From the NCBI GenBank assembly GCA_000934665.2, contig KZ538074.1, forward strand, positions 118,085 through 138,084: a stretch of 20,000 nt of DNA. The letters are read 5' to 3'. This DNA is from Catajapyx aquilonaris. Lineage: Eukaryota. The position numbers and the translations under genes are program-made. Under the pieces are notes generated by a model. That model was not told where the DNA came from, did not search any database, and saw only the letters and a program-made list of their open reading frames with translations. Shown here piece by piece: positions 1 through 8,971 of the stretch (the first letter of the stretch is position 1; each line of letters starts with the position of its first letter).

Positions 1-318
1 CCGTGATAAGGCTGAGCCTTTTTAGGGGGGTGGAATACCACCATTTCACTCCATTTTCCTGTATTAACTTCATTCACCGGTGCAAGGAGTCAAGGATGTA
101 GGGTAGGGATAGGGATTTTTGGGGAGGGAACATGGGTGCAAGGTGCAATGTCGTAGCTATGGGTCATGTGCTGTTCCCCAGGAGTTAGGTTGCCAGACGG
201 TGCAGGTCAGAGACCCTCCTGACGCAAGTGAAAGGAAAGTTCCCCAGGCGGGGATCGAACCTGGGGCCTTTCACTAAGCAAGCCGAGACGTTACCATCTC
301 GGCCATCTACACCTCCCC
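1..318 (-). mobile_element. tRNA-derived SINE, family A copy 1 (3' end runs off the window)
   Basis: Minus strand starts GGGGAGGTG, with A box TGGCCGAGATGG and B box GGTTCGATCCC. Body aligns by eye with 17394-17702 and partly with 5856-6180. Confidence 0.8.
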
Positions 319-559
319 AATGCCACTATTTTGTTATTTGTTTACATTGATATTGAAACATTTAAGCAGCATTTCTGTGTGAAATCTCTACATTGTAGTT
401 TTCAAAATTATACCATATTTTGAGATTCAGCTTTCAATTTGCCGAATAATTATAATTTTGAGCAAGATACATTTTCTTAATCAAAAGTATAACTTATTAT
501 TTACCTCACTATGAGTTGGGAATGGGCATACGTAGATGATAAGAAGTCACAACTTGTTT

Positions 560-675
560 AAATGAATTTAAACCAAAAATTTGAAATTTAACCTGGTTTA
601 AACCAAAAAAACCTGGTTTAAACCCCAAAAAATTGTTTTTTGGTGTTTAAAAAAATCCGTTTTTTTCCAACCCTG
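560..675. mobile_element. Solitary hAT-like terminus with subterminal CCTGGTTTAAACC repeats
   Basis: Ends TTTTTTCCAACCCTG (reverse complement CAGGGTTGGAAAAAA, a common hAT end), with tandem ACCTGGTTTAAACC at 591-604 and 611-624. No partner end seen. Confidence 0.5.
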
Positions 676-1208
676 ATTGGAATACTCATGGGAATGTTGT
701 AAATCTTCCTTTGTATTGTGTGGCTTGTTTTGGACATGGTGGGAACTACATTTTTGCAGCCTGCCTAGCCTGCTATAAGTGCAACTAAGGCACTCCTAGG
801 TTTCAGGTGTGGTTCTTTGTGTTCACACGAAAGATGGGCGGATTGATTTGTCACGAGAATAGGGATTTCCATAGTTTAAGAATGGCAGAAAAATGTGTCT
901 AAAATGACGTTGCGGTAGTGCTTTTGTAAGACTATTTCAGCATACATAATCAGCAAAACAAATGTGATAACTGAAGTCAAAGTGAGGCTGTCAAAGGTAA
1001 GAGATTTTCATGTTATGCATTTGGCAAAAGGTACCTCACATTTTATCAAAAACAATTCATGACATCTCAACATCTTTGTGAGCCTTGTGACACAAACGCT
1101 CAAACAGGATTTTGCCATTAATTTTTTAACTAGTAATTTTTTCCCAAGACCATTTGTTCGGCGTCAGAAACATGCTTGTAACCTGAATTTTTGAAGCACT
1201 GACCAATA

Positions 1209-1213
1209 CATCA

Positions 1214-1286
<73 letters not shown>
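1209..1286. repeat. (CAT)n/(ATT)n microsatellite
   Basis: Roughly 23 uninterrupted ATT units after a few CAT units, about 70 nt upstream of the ATG13 acceptor. Confidence 0.97.
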
Positions 1287-1289
<3 letters not shown>

Positions 1290-1359
1290 AGATATAAAAC
1301 TGCCATTATGTACTCTCATTGAATGATGTGTGATTTTCTTTTTCTTTTTAACCACCCAG

Positions 1360-1747
1360 TTTTGTCTGGTGATTCATGACAATGCAGAAGTTGCTTCAGA
1401 GACGAAACGTGCCCTGGGTGGTGAGATCCCTTCAGTGGGACTTCCCTTATGCGTGGAGATATCCCTCCGCACTGTCGAAGGAGACAGCATGGCACTTGAA
1501 ACGTGGGTTCTCAGCCTGCTTGAAGGGGCACCTGGTGTGGGAGGAGGGCCCTCTGGGGAAGGAGTTGCAGGAGGTAGCCCTGTGCATGACAAACACATGG
1601 TGTACTCAAGGATGGGTGTACTGGTCAAGTCATTGGTGTCTGTCTCAAGGGTGACTCCAGCGTACAAGCTGTCCAGGAGACAGGGACCTGACTCTTATGT
1701 CATCTGCTACAGAGTGTACTTGGGACAGCCACAAGTCTCTCATCTGG
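1360..1747 (+). CDS. ATG13: ATG13 internal exon, HORMA domain (upstream exons outside window)
   Basis: Pyrimidine tract plus CAG acceptor at 1357-1359; G|GTAAGT donor at 1748. Translation FCLVIHDNAEVASETKRALGG..LCVEISLRTVEGDSMALETW..LVKSLVSVSRVTPAYKLSRRQG..YVICYRVY closely matches the metazoan ATG13 HORMA domain as recalled (FNLAI..CVEISLKTSEGDSMELEIW..RVTPAYRLSRKQG). Confidence 0.95.
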
Positions 1748-1812
1748 GTAAGTGTGAATATGTCTAGCATAATTTTATTTTGAAGATTCTAACGACTTCA
1801 TTCTTGATTTAG

Positions 1813-1996
1813 GTGAAGGTTATAAGTGCATGAAAGTGGGACAACTAGAAACGTGTGTTGGAATCCTACATCTTTCACTGGCATACCGCACCAAGATGAC
1901 AATATCTCCACACCGGGTGGAGAAGGACAACCCAATTATGCTCAAGAGTGATCATTTCCGACCAGACCTCAGTCCCAAGCATGCCAACAGGAACAG
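1813..1996 (+). CDS. ATG13: ATG13 exon, end of HORMA domain and start of disordered region
   Basis: 65-nt phase-1 intron 1748-1812 (GT..TTTAG) restores LG-EGYKCMKVGQLETCVGILHLSLAYRTKM, matching ATG13 [26 protein letters not shown]. Donor AG|GTTTAT at 1997 (phase 2) fits the next exon. Confidence 0.9.
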
Positions 1997-2146
1997 GTTT
2001 ATTGCAAATGAGAGCCATATTTTCACTGTCAATAGTTTATGGGGCCTTTAGTCTAACTTCCCAGTGTAATGGTTCAAATTAGAAATTATTTAATGAAAGT
2101 AAAGGAGTAAACAAATATGCGAATTTGAGTTTTCAACACTATTTAA

Positions 2147-2741
2147 AGGAAGGGTTCAGTGAGTTTGTTTGTTGGGCTTCAAAGATCAAGGAAGACTCCC
2201 TGATTCCAAAAATGTGGTCGGTTTTTGAATCTGACAGTGCATAAGCAAATGCCCTCATGTGAAAGTCGCAATCCGCTATGGTATTCGCTACGGTAATATC
2301 GAGTAGCGGAGATCCCGGTAACCTGCATGGGCTTAGCCACAAAGTCAATTTTTAAACTAGGAAGTGGATGGATCACTTGGCCCTTCGCCCCTTCCTCCGA
2401 CGCCGCCACATGCAGCCAAAATGTGGGCAATGTGTATTCCTCGTCTCTCTCCGGATTATACCTCGTGACACTACCCGTCTTGGTAAGACTCAAACTGGTA
2501 CGGAAGTGTCCTGCCATGGGCATCACTCAGCCACATGGTCCGATCACTCGCGCCCCTCTATTGTCTTCGGAGCTCACCGCTAGAGGAAATGCCTGTTCGG
2601 AGCTGATTTTTTTAAAAATCGACTTTGACTTGAAATTTTACGCTTATGGTGCATTTGCTACTAAAACGGACTGGATATTCATAATCAGGGAGTCCTGGGT
2701 GATTTTTGAAGCCCAACATGCAAAATCACTGAACCCTTTCT
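2147..2741. mobile_element. Kolobok-like non-autonomous DNA transposon
   Basis: TTAA at 2143-2146 and 2742-2745; termini AGGAAGGGTTCAGTGA and TCACTGAACCCTTTCT; imperfect TIRs of about 100 bp. TTAA target with RR termini is the Kolobok signature. Confidence 0.75.
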
Positions 2742-2819
2742 TTAAAGAATATGTGGTGCTACATGTGCTAAAGTTAAGTGTAGCTCATCCAGTTCAAGTA
2801 GATAACTACAGTCAGACAA

Positions 2820-3193
2820 TGGACTGTCCATAAATTACGTAGACACTTTTCAAACGCCCCCCCCCCCCNNNNNNNNNNNNNNNNNNNNNNNNNNNNNNNN
2901 NNNNNNNNNNNNNNNNNNNNNNNNNNNNNNNNNNNNNNNNNNNNNNNNNNNNNNNNNNNNNNNNNNNNNNNNNNNNNNNNNNNNNNNNNNNNNNNNNNNN
3001 NNNNNNNNNNNNNNNNNNNNNNNNNNNNNNNNNNNNNNNNNNNNNNNNNNNNNNNNNNNNNNNNNNNNNNNNNNNNNNNNNNNNNNNNNNNNNNNNNNNN
3101 NNNNNNNNNNNNNNNNNNNNNNNNNNNNNNNNNNNNNNNNNNNNNNNNNNNNNNNCCCCCCCCTTCCTGTCTACGTAATTTATGGATGGCCCC
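2820..3193. mobile_element. PIF/Harbinger (Tourist-like) MITE spanning an assembly gap
   Basis: TIR TCCATAAATTACGTAGACA and TGTCTACGTAATTTATGGA, right end GGCCCC; 3-bp duplication CAA at 2817-2819 and 3194-3196. Confidence 0.75.
2869..3155. other. Assembly gap (N run) between poly-C tracts
   Basis: 287 consecutive N bases. Confidence 1.
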
Positions 3194-3266
3194 CAAGAAA
3201 CACTTGACCTTATTGCAAATTGCTGTTGCCGATTTACTTTTCTGATGCCACAATTACTTTTTCAAG

Positions 3267-3666
3267 GTTCTCTGATCCATTGTCCCGTCCGCAAGAGTCC
3301 CCCCATCCATCAACATCACCCCCTGAAACGGTAACAAGACGCAGCTCTGATCCATCTGCAGAGAGGGATCGCGATAGGGAGGTCAACCTGTTAGCCGACT
3401 ACCAAAAAGTTGGTGCCTTTGCAGATTCTGAGAAGGCCAAAAAGGTGGCAGCAGTTGTCGGAGCAGGAGCAATACCAGGAGTACCCGATGTAGCATTTGG
3501 TAGCTTGCTGAAGATGGCAGGTGTGAAGGATGACAGCAAGACATCTGAAGGGATTAAGGGGGACACAGTCGCTGTGGAGGCCAATATCACCCAATCAAAT
3601 TCTGACTCAAGGAGGTCAAGTGGGTCAGTTCACTCGGGAGCTGACGACTTCATCATGGTTGAACTT
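3267..3666 (+). CDS. ATG13: ATG13 exon, S/P-rich disordered region ending in LIR motif DDFIMVEL
   Basis: Acceptor TTTTTCAAG|G (phase 2), open frame, donor CTT|GTGAGT at 3667. Contains VGAF and DDFIMV, equivalent to the ATG13 LIR DDFVMI. Confidence 0.9.
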
Positions 3667-3751
3667 GTGAGTTAATTATTAGAAACCACTTTAAAAAGTA
3701 CAGAAGTCAAAAATATGCTGCTACCACGATGATCCAAATGTGTTCCAGATA

Positions 3752-4414
3752 CGAGGGTCGTTCCGAATAAGTTAAGATTTTTACTGTCAGTTGTTAGAGG
3801 ACATTCTTCTGCATGGGTGATCCAAATTTAGTCTAGCTTGTGCTCTCCGCGTATGCACAGGAGTAAGCGGAAGAAAGCGACTTTCGCCCCGAGCGTGTCC
3901 ACTCTATAAGTGCTTGAGTCACAGGTCGTGGACGAAAGATGGAGTGTGGGCGGTTATCTGAGAGTTCCACATCATAGTCCAGACAACTGTATCCACAGTC
4001 ACCCGCAGCAAATGGCCGTTACAGTGCAGTAGAGGAGCAGGGGCTGGAAGGCTGTAGATGTCTGCGACTAAGGTGAATGTTGCACGTGTGGATGCCAAGA
4101 TTCGCTCTGACGGTCGGGTCACTGTCTCACAGTTGTCTGGATGATGACGTGGATCTCGCAGATAACTGCCCTCACTTTATCTTTCGTCCACGTCTTTTGA
4201 CTCAAGTGCTGATAGAGTGGGCACGCTCGGCGCGTAAGTTGCATTCTTCCACTTCACCCCTGCGCATGCGAGGAGTGCACAAGGGAGACCAAGTTTGGCT
4301 CACCCATGCAGAATAATGTCCTCTAACTGCTGACGGTAAAAATTTCCCCATATGTAGCCTACAATACTTTTGGAAGTAATCGCGAAGGGAAACTTATTTT
4401 CGAAACGACCCTCA
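3752..4414. mobile_element. mariner-type fold-back MITE
   Basis: TA|CGAGGGTCGTTCCGAATAAGTT and AACTTATTTTCGAAACGACCCTCA|TA. Internal arms of about 190 bp (about 3775-3965 vs 4150-4345) are also inverted copies. Confidence 0.85.
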
Positions 4415-4580
4415 TATTTATGTGATGTTCTTGATTGGCAATTCTGTCTCGTACTTATTTCTGAATCTGATTCTGTGAGCAAATGCAGTTCATCAGGTCA
4501 GCTTTTAACCTGTTTGTGATGTCACTACCCAGGGTGAGGCATCAGTGTCTACTGACAGGGATGATGGGAACTGGGAAATA

Positions 4581-4890
4581 CAGGGTGTATATGAATAAAT
4601 CTGCCAATATGATACGGGTAGGGGGTGCATAATTAGGGAAGAACCATGGCATGGGTCCGAATGGCCGGTGACAATTTGTTTTGGAGATGTCTTGACATCT
4701 CTAAAATGGATCGTCACCGGGCTTTCTGACCCATGCCATGCTTCTTCTCTGCTTCTTCTCTTCACGTCTCTCTCGTGCATTCCGTTCATGCACAGGAGTA
4801 AGCGGAAGAAAGCGACTTTCGCGCAGAGCGTGCCAACTCCATAAGCGCTTGAGTCAAAAGATGTGGACAAAAGATGAAGTGAGGGCTCAT
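4581..4890. mobile_element. Partial Tc1/mariner-like element with internal hairpin
   Basis: TA|CAGGGTGT start, hairpin 4645-4740, then 4788-4886 similar to 3854-3950. No clear right TIR. Confidence 0.5.
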
Positions 4891-5236
4891 GAGACTCGAC
4901 AACGTATATATGAAATGAGCCCGATAGGAGGAGCCACCTGAAAGTGATACTTTGAGCGTTTCTAGCGGCAAAATGGCACATTAGATATTTCTTTTGCCCT
5001 TCAGAACAATACATTGACCAGGTTTCAGCCAAGTCTCTCTGGTTCAACTTTTCCCATAAGGTGCTTTGTGATTCATGTGCCTAGGGCAAGGTATGAAGTT
5101 TTAACTTGCTATCCATGAAAAGCCTCCCAGAGGAGGTACTGTACAGTGCAATAGATGTGATATTTCAGTCTGTCACAGCGAATTTTAAAAAACAAGTTTA
5201 TCCGGGTAAAATCACCCAGAATACAATGAGCATTTA

Positions 5237-5733
5237 AGCCTGTTTTAGGAATTCCCTTTTCGCATTATAAAGAGAATTCACACCGCAAACTGCAAGTCGT
5301 CGCTGCATATGGGTGGGCAGCAACAAGCTGCTTCCTGCTGTGTGTCAATTTATGAAAAGGTTGCCGCTCGCGGCAAAGTATGAGAGGGTATGGGCAAGTA
5401 TGAGAAGCGGAGGGTCGGAAAGGTACATGCGCCATTAGCAGCCAGGCGGACAGGGGAAAACATAGGAGGAAAAGAAGCAAGACGAGCAGGCGAGGAGGTG
5501 AGGGAGGCGTGGATATCACGTGACTCGATGGGACTTCTTCAGATTGGCTCAGCCCGACAGCATACAGTCGGACTTCTAGATATTTTGAAGTTTGTAGCTG
5601 GTGCTTTCGGCAGCAAAACGCGGCTGTGTGCTGCTCGTTGTCATTTAATCAATTTGTCTGCCGCGCGCATTGCTTGCAGTCCGGCGTTATGAAGTCGCTT
5701 TATAACACGAAAAGATAATTCATAAAACAGCCT
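5237..5733. mobile_element. PIF/Harbinger-like MITE
   Basis: About 60-bp imperfect TIRs (AGCCTGTTTTAGGAATT and AATTCATAAAACAGCCT); TTA duplication at 5234-5236 and 5734-5736. Confidence 0.75.
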
Positions 5734-5855
5734 TTAGGCAAAAGTGATAGGGTAAGCAGCCTGTTCTAACAAGGGATGTTTGCCAAATGCAAGTAATAGA
5801 TTTTTTTCAAACCTAGTAGTTAAGGAAGCCACCCTCAGTAATAAATAATAATTAT

Positions 5856-6180
5856 GGGGAGGTGGAGTGGTGCTGCGGTAACGCACGCGCCCACGGATGT
5901 TAAGGTCCCGGGTTCGATCCCAGCCCGAGGTTCCCCCCTTCATCTCGTACAGAGTTGGGCCATCTGTGGCTTTGTCTTGGGTGGAAATTTCCGCTAGACT
6001 AATCCACCCGGGGGAGTTCACAAAATGACCAATATACGACATTGCACTTGCACTTTGCACATCCCCCTCCTACTTACCCTTGGAACAATTAAATACATTC
6101 AGTGTATGGTTCCAAACAAATGGTGGTATCCCACTCCCCTAACAAGGGCCTAGAGCCTGATAATGGGGTACAGTAAAAAT
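5856..6180 (+). mobile_element. tRNA-derived SINE, family A related, apparently full length
   Basis: GGGGAGGTG start, A-box-like TGGTGCTGCGG, B box GGTTCGATCCC, shared ACGACATTGCACTTGCAC and AAATGGTGGTATCCCACTCCCCTAA blocks. Flanked by AATAATAATTAT at 5844-5855 and 6181-6192 (possible TSD, low complexity). Confidence 0.8.
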
Positions 6181-6388
6181 AATAATAATTATTATGATGA
6201 TGATGATTATTATTATTATAAAAGTTATATTTGCTGAATGTGTATTGTATTTAAGGTTTAAAATAGAGTTATGGGGGTGGGAGGGGTCAAATTTCAACAT
6301 TTTGATTGTCAGACTGTACTGAAAATGCATTTCTTGTATTTTTACCCCTCTGGAGTATAAATTGTGGGCATGCAAGATATATATCTAA

Positions 6389-6636
6389 AGCCTGCTTCAC
6401 AGATTCGGCGGAAGGCTGAGGGGCGACAAGAGTGCGTTTGGGGACGTGGTTTGGGGCACGGAACCTGTGCTGTGGCAATCGCACAAGTCCATCTGGATGG
6501 ACTTGAGTGATTCCCACCGCACCAGTTTTCGCCCGCAGCGCCACCGCCGAATTTGTGAATTGCCACACTCACATTCCGCACCCCAATCGCACGTTTTCCG
6601 CTCGCTCAGCCTTCCGCCGAATTTGTGTAGTGGCCT
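6389..6636. mobile_element. PIF/Harbinger-like MITE, GC-rich
   Basis: TIR core ATTCGGCGGAAGGCTGAG and CTCAGCCTTCCGCCGAAT; TAA duplication at 6386-6388 and 6637-6639; internal palindrome CAAGTCCATC-TG-GATGGACTTG. Confidence 0.85.
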
Positions 6637-7481
6637 TAACAAGTCAGATGTTGGTGATTTTGAGTTATTTATAGCAATAAGTAGCATTCTTCATGCTCTA
6701 TTGCTTGGTGAAGTCCATTTAGTCCTAAAAATTCATAAGCCAGAGGGCCAGGATTTTCTGTCTTGACTACCATGTAAGCAACTGCAAGGTCAAATCTTTG
6801 CCTATGGCTACCTGAGACTGGTTTATTGGTTCGTAGATTTCTCCTGTACAGGGTGAAGGGAAACTCACGGACAATCGCCATGTAGACTGATAGTACCTGT
6901 AAAACTAATATAGGGATGCACTAATTTGAGGAGCTGCACGCCTACACTGCAGCGAAAATTATTACTATTATTCCGAACGGATGATGAGAATGTGGATACC
7001 AACAGGCCCCAGTGAAATAAGGAATGAATGGACCATGCCTACTAGATTTGAATTGGCTGTTTGGGAGTCTTGGTCCGCCGTGTTCCACCACGATATTCGC
7101 TGTGTGTCGCCTGTTGGTTAAAATAACTAAAGGAATGGGCCAAGCGCCAAAACTAAAGCAATGCCAGTAGTTAAGATTTCCTTGTCCGGGCACAGTTCAG
7201 ATGTAATAGACCTTGTTTCGGGCACGGTAGGCTAGAGGCCAGATGATCCCTGTCGTTATTTTAACAAAGGGCACTCCTGTTTTGCTCATTTTTGGTTGGG
7301 ATGTGTTGTTGGTGTTTGGTGATAGCTGTCCATGGCAAACTGAGGAAGTCAAGTTCGATAGTTTTTTTAGGGAATTATTTCTTTAGTTGAAAAACATGCT
7401 GATGCTGGAAAATATTTTGGATCTCTTTCTGAAACACCTGACACTTTGAAAATTACGATTTTTCTGCTAAGTGCAACACAC

Positions 7482-7557
7482 CGACGCCTAAGGATTATAT
7501 TGTCGTATGTCGTATGTTAAAACATACGAGATACGACAATATAATCCTTAGGCGTCG
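7482..7557. repeat. 76-bp near-perfect inverted repeat
   Basis: 37-bp arms, one G/G mismatch (7509/7530), 2-nt loop, ACAC on both sides. Confidence 0.95.
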
Positions 7558-8235
7558 ACACCAAATAGCATTACTTTGCCCCATGAAATATTCAGGTCCT
7601 TGCACACGATCGCTTCGCTGGTTTCTCACCTGATGTTAATAGCCATCCTTCAAGTGATAAATACAACATTCGGCAATTTTCGAGAACCTATGTTTAGGAC
7701 CTTAGAGCTGGATTTTTATGGGACTTAGCAAGGACCATGCAATCTCCAAAAATGACTCTGTACTTCTGGAACCCAAAATGTTGCATTCAGGCATCCCCAG
7801 TCTACAAGGCTAACAGCACAGTCGAGTTCAAGTTCTGTACATTGAGATGGGTAGGCCTCCATCTTCGCCCCCTCTCTCTGACTGGAATGACTACTACACA
7901 GACTCCACAAGCGATCTGAAGTCACCCACAGCATGTAATGCCAGAGTCTCCTATTGGCAGAATTCACTATGCTCCTGTGACATTGTACAGGTTACTCACT
8001 AGAATATCTTTTGACTGATCATCATTGCCATATTGGAAGATCCATTTCTCCTGACTTACCAGGAACCCATGGGAATACAATAGGGTTGAAGTCTTGACAG
8101 CCAAGATACCTCATCTTTGAGGTAACTTGTAGCACTTGAGATATGTTAATATGGTGGTACCACCTCAGCCAAGTTATCTCCGCTGTACAGACTAGGAAAT
8201 GCCCCACCAATGCTAATGGCTCAAAAAAATTCCAG

Positions 8236-8499
8236 AAAGCACCATTTGCGGCTTCTGACCCACACAATGATGTCAGCGTCTTCTACTGGGAATGCCGCTC
8301 AGCCCCACAACTAGTAACCTTCCAGGAACAGCACCAATTGTCTCAGCAACAAACAATTGGAACACAACAACTGTCAGGGTCGTCATCCTCTGACCTGACT
8401 TCCGGTGACCTTGGTGACCAATTAAAAATGTTCGAACTCAGTCTGCATGAATATGACTCGTTCATCCAGTCTCTTTGTGAATCACCTGGAAGCAAGTGA
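8236..8499 (+). CDS. ATG13: ATG13 terminal coding exon, C-terminal ULK1/Atg1-binding region
   Basis: TTCCAG|AAA phase-0 acceptor. KAPFAASDPHNDVSVFYWECRSAPQL..QLKMFELSLHEYDSFIQSL matches the ATG13 tail (KPAF..DLGTFYREFQNPPQL..EFDAFVETL). TGA ends at 8499. The four exons total 1236 nt in one frame. Confidence 0.92.
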   Translation, partial: KAPFAASDPHNDVSVFYWECRSAPQLVTFQEQHQLSQQQTIGTQQLSGSSSSDLTSGDLGDQLKMFELSLHEYDSFIQSLCESPGSK

Positions 8500-8784
8500 A
8501 GGTGTTTAGATTTTTTTTTTTGCCCTCCCACTTTTCAAATCTTGTGCATATCAACATTAATTTTTTTTCTATTATCATGGGAGGGAGTGTAACATAGCAA
8601 TAATTATTTTTTTGAGAAATCAATTTTGATGTATATTGTATGTTGTTGATTTTTCTGCAGCAATTTTATTGACTTTTTTGAATGGGCAAAATTATCTGCA
8701 TTATGTACATTATTGAAAGTCATCCCCAAAGTAATGGAATGTTTCTTTTTAACAACTGACTGAGCTCAAAAAAATGCAAACATC

Positions 8785-8858
8785 ATTAAAAACTCACCAT
8801 AAAAATGTGAACAACATTGTGTTCAGTGCCTGTGTAGTTAAATGTTACATGAAATAAA
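8785..8858 (+). promoter_or_regulatory. Candidate ATG13 polyadenylation signals
   Basis: ATTAAA 8785-8790 with GU-rich 8817-8840 downstream; AATAAA 8853-8858 with T-rich 8885-8894 downstream. Confidence 0.45.
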
Positions 8859-8965
8859 TTATATCCTGTACACAGGGGTCGAAATTCTTTTACTGCACAG
8901 CTTGCCAAAAAAGTAACTTGTAAAAAATAAAACAAAAAAGAGTTGCAATATCTCCAAAAAAAAGT

Positions 8966-8971
8966 TTTAAT
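8966..8971 (-). promoter_or_regulatory. Candidate PAT1 polyadenylation signal
   Basis: ATTAAA on the minus strand followed by a strong U-rich tract (plus 8921-8939 is A-rich). The only canonical minus-strand AATAAA between the two stops is further on, at 8665-8670. Confidence 0.4.

Noticed and set aside
250..318. Functional tRNA genes here or at 5856-5930
   Set aside because: No proper acceptor stem or T-run terminator; both continue into shared SINE bodies.
941..996. Possible upstream ATG13 exon (TTTCAG..AAG|GTAAGA)
   Set aside because: Good-looking splice sites, but it does not encode the expected ATG13 N-terminus ending in DW.
1164..1355. Poly-Ile ORF (also 6139-6375)
   Set aside because: Translation of ATT/AAT microsatellites.
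2327..2833. 168-aa ORF, and the 180-aa ORF at 4505-5047
   Set aside because: Both lie in MITE sequence, their peptides recur in inverted arms, and no protein family is recognisable.
2774..3253. 159-aa ORF
   Set aside because: Artefact of the N gap.
6849..7340. TA|CAGGGTG end plus a VFGDSCPWQ peptide resembling a Sola-type D.C.GQN motif
   Set aside because: No partner TIR and only one weak motif.
4581..7977. One large composite element ending at TATTGGCAGAATTCACTATGCTCCTG (7952-7977)
   Set aside because: Similarity to the 4581 end is short and gapped, with no TA at the right flank.
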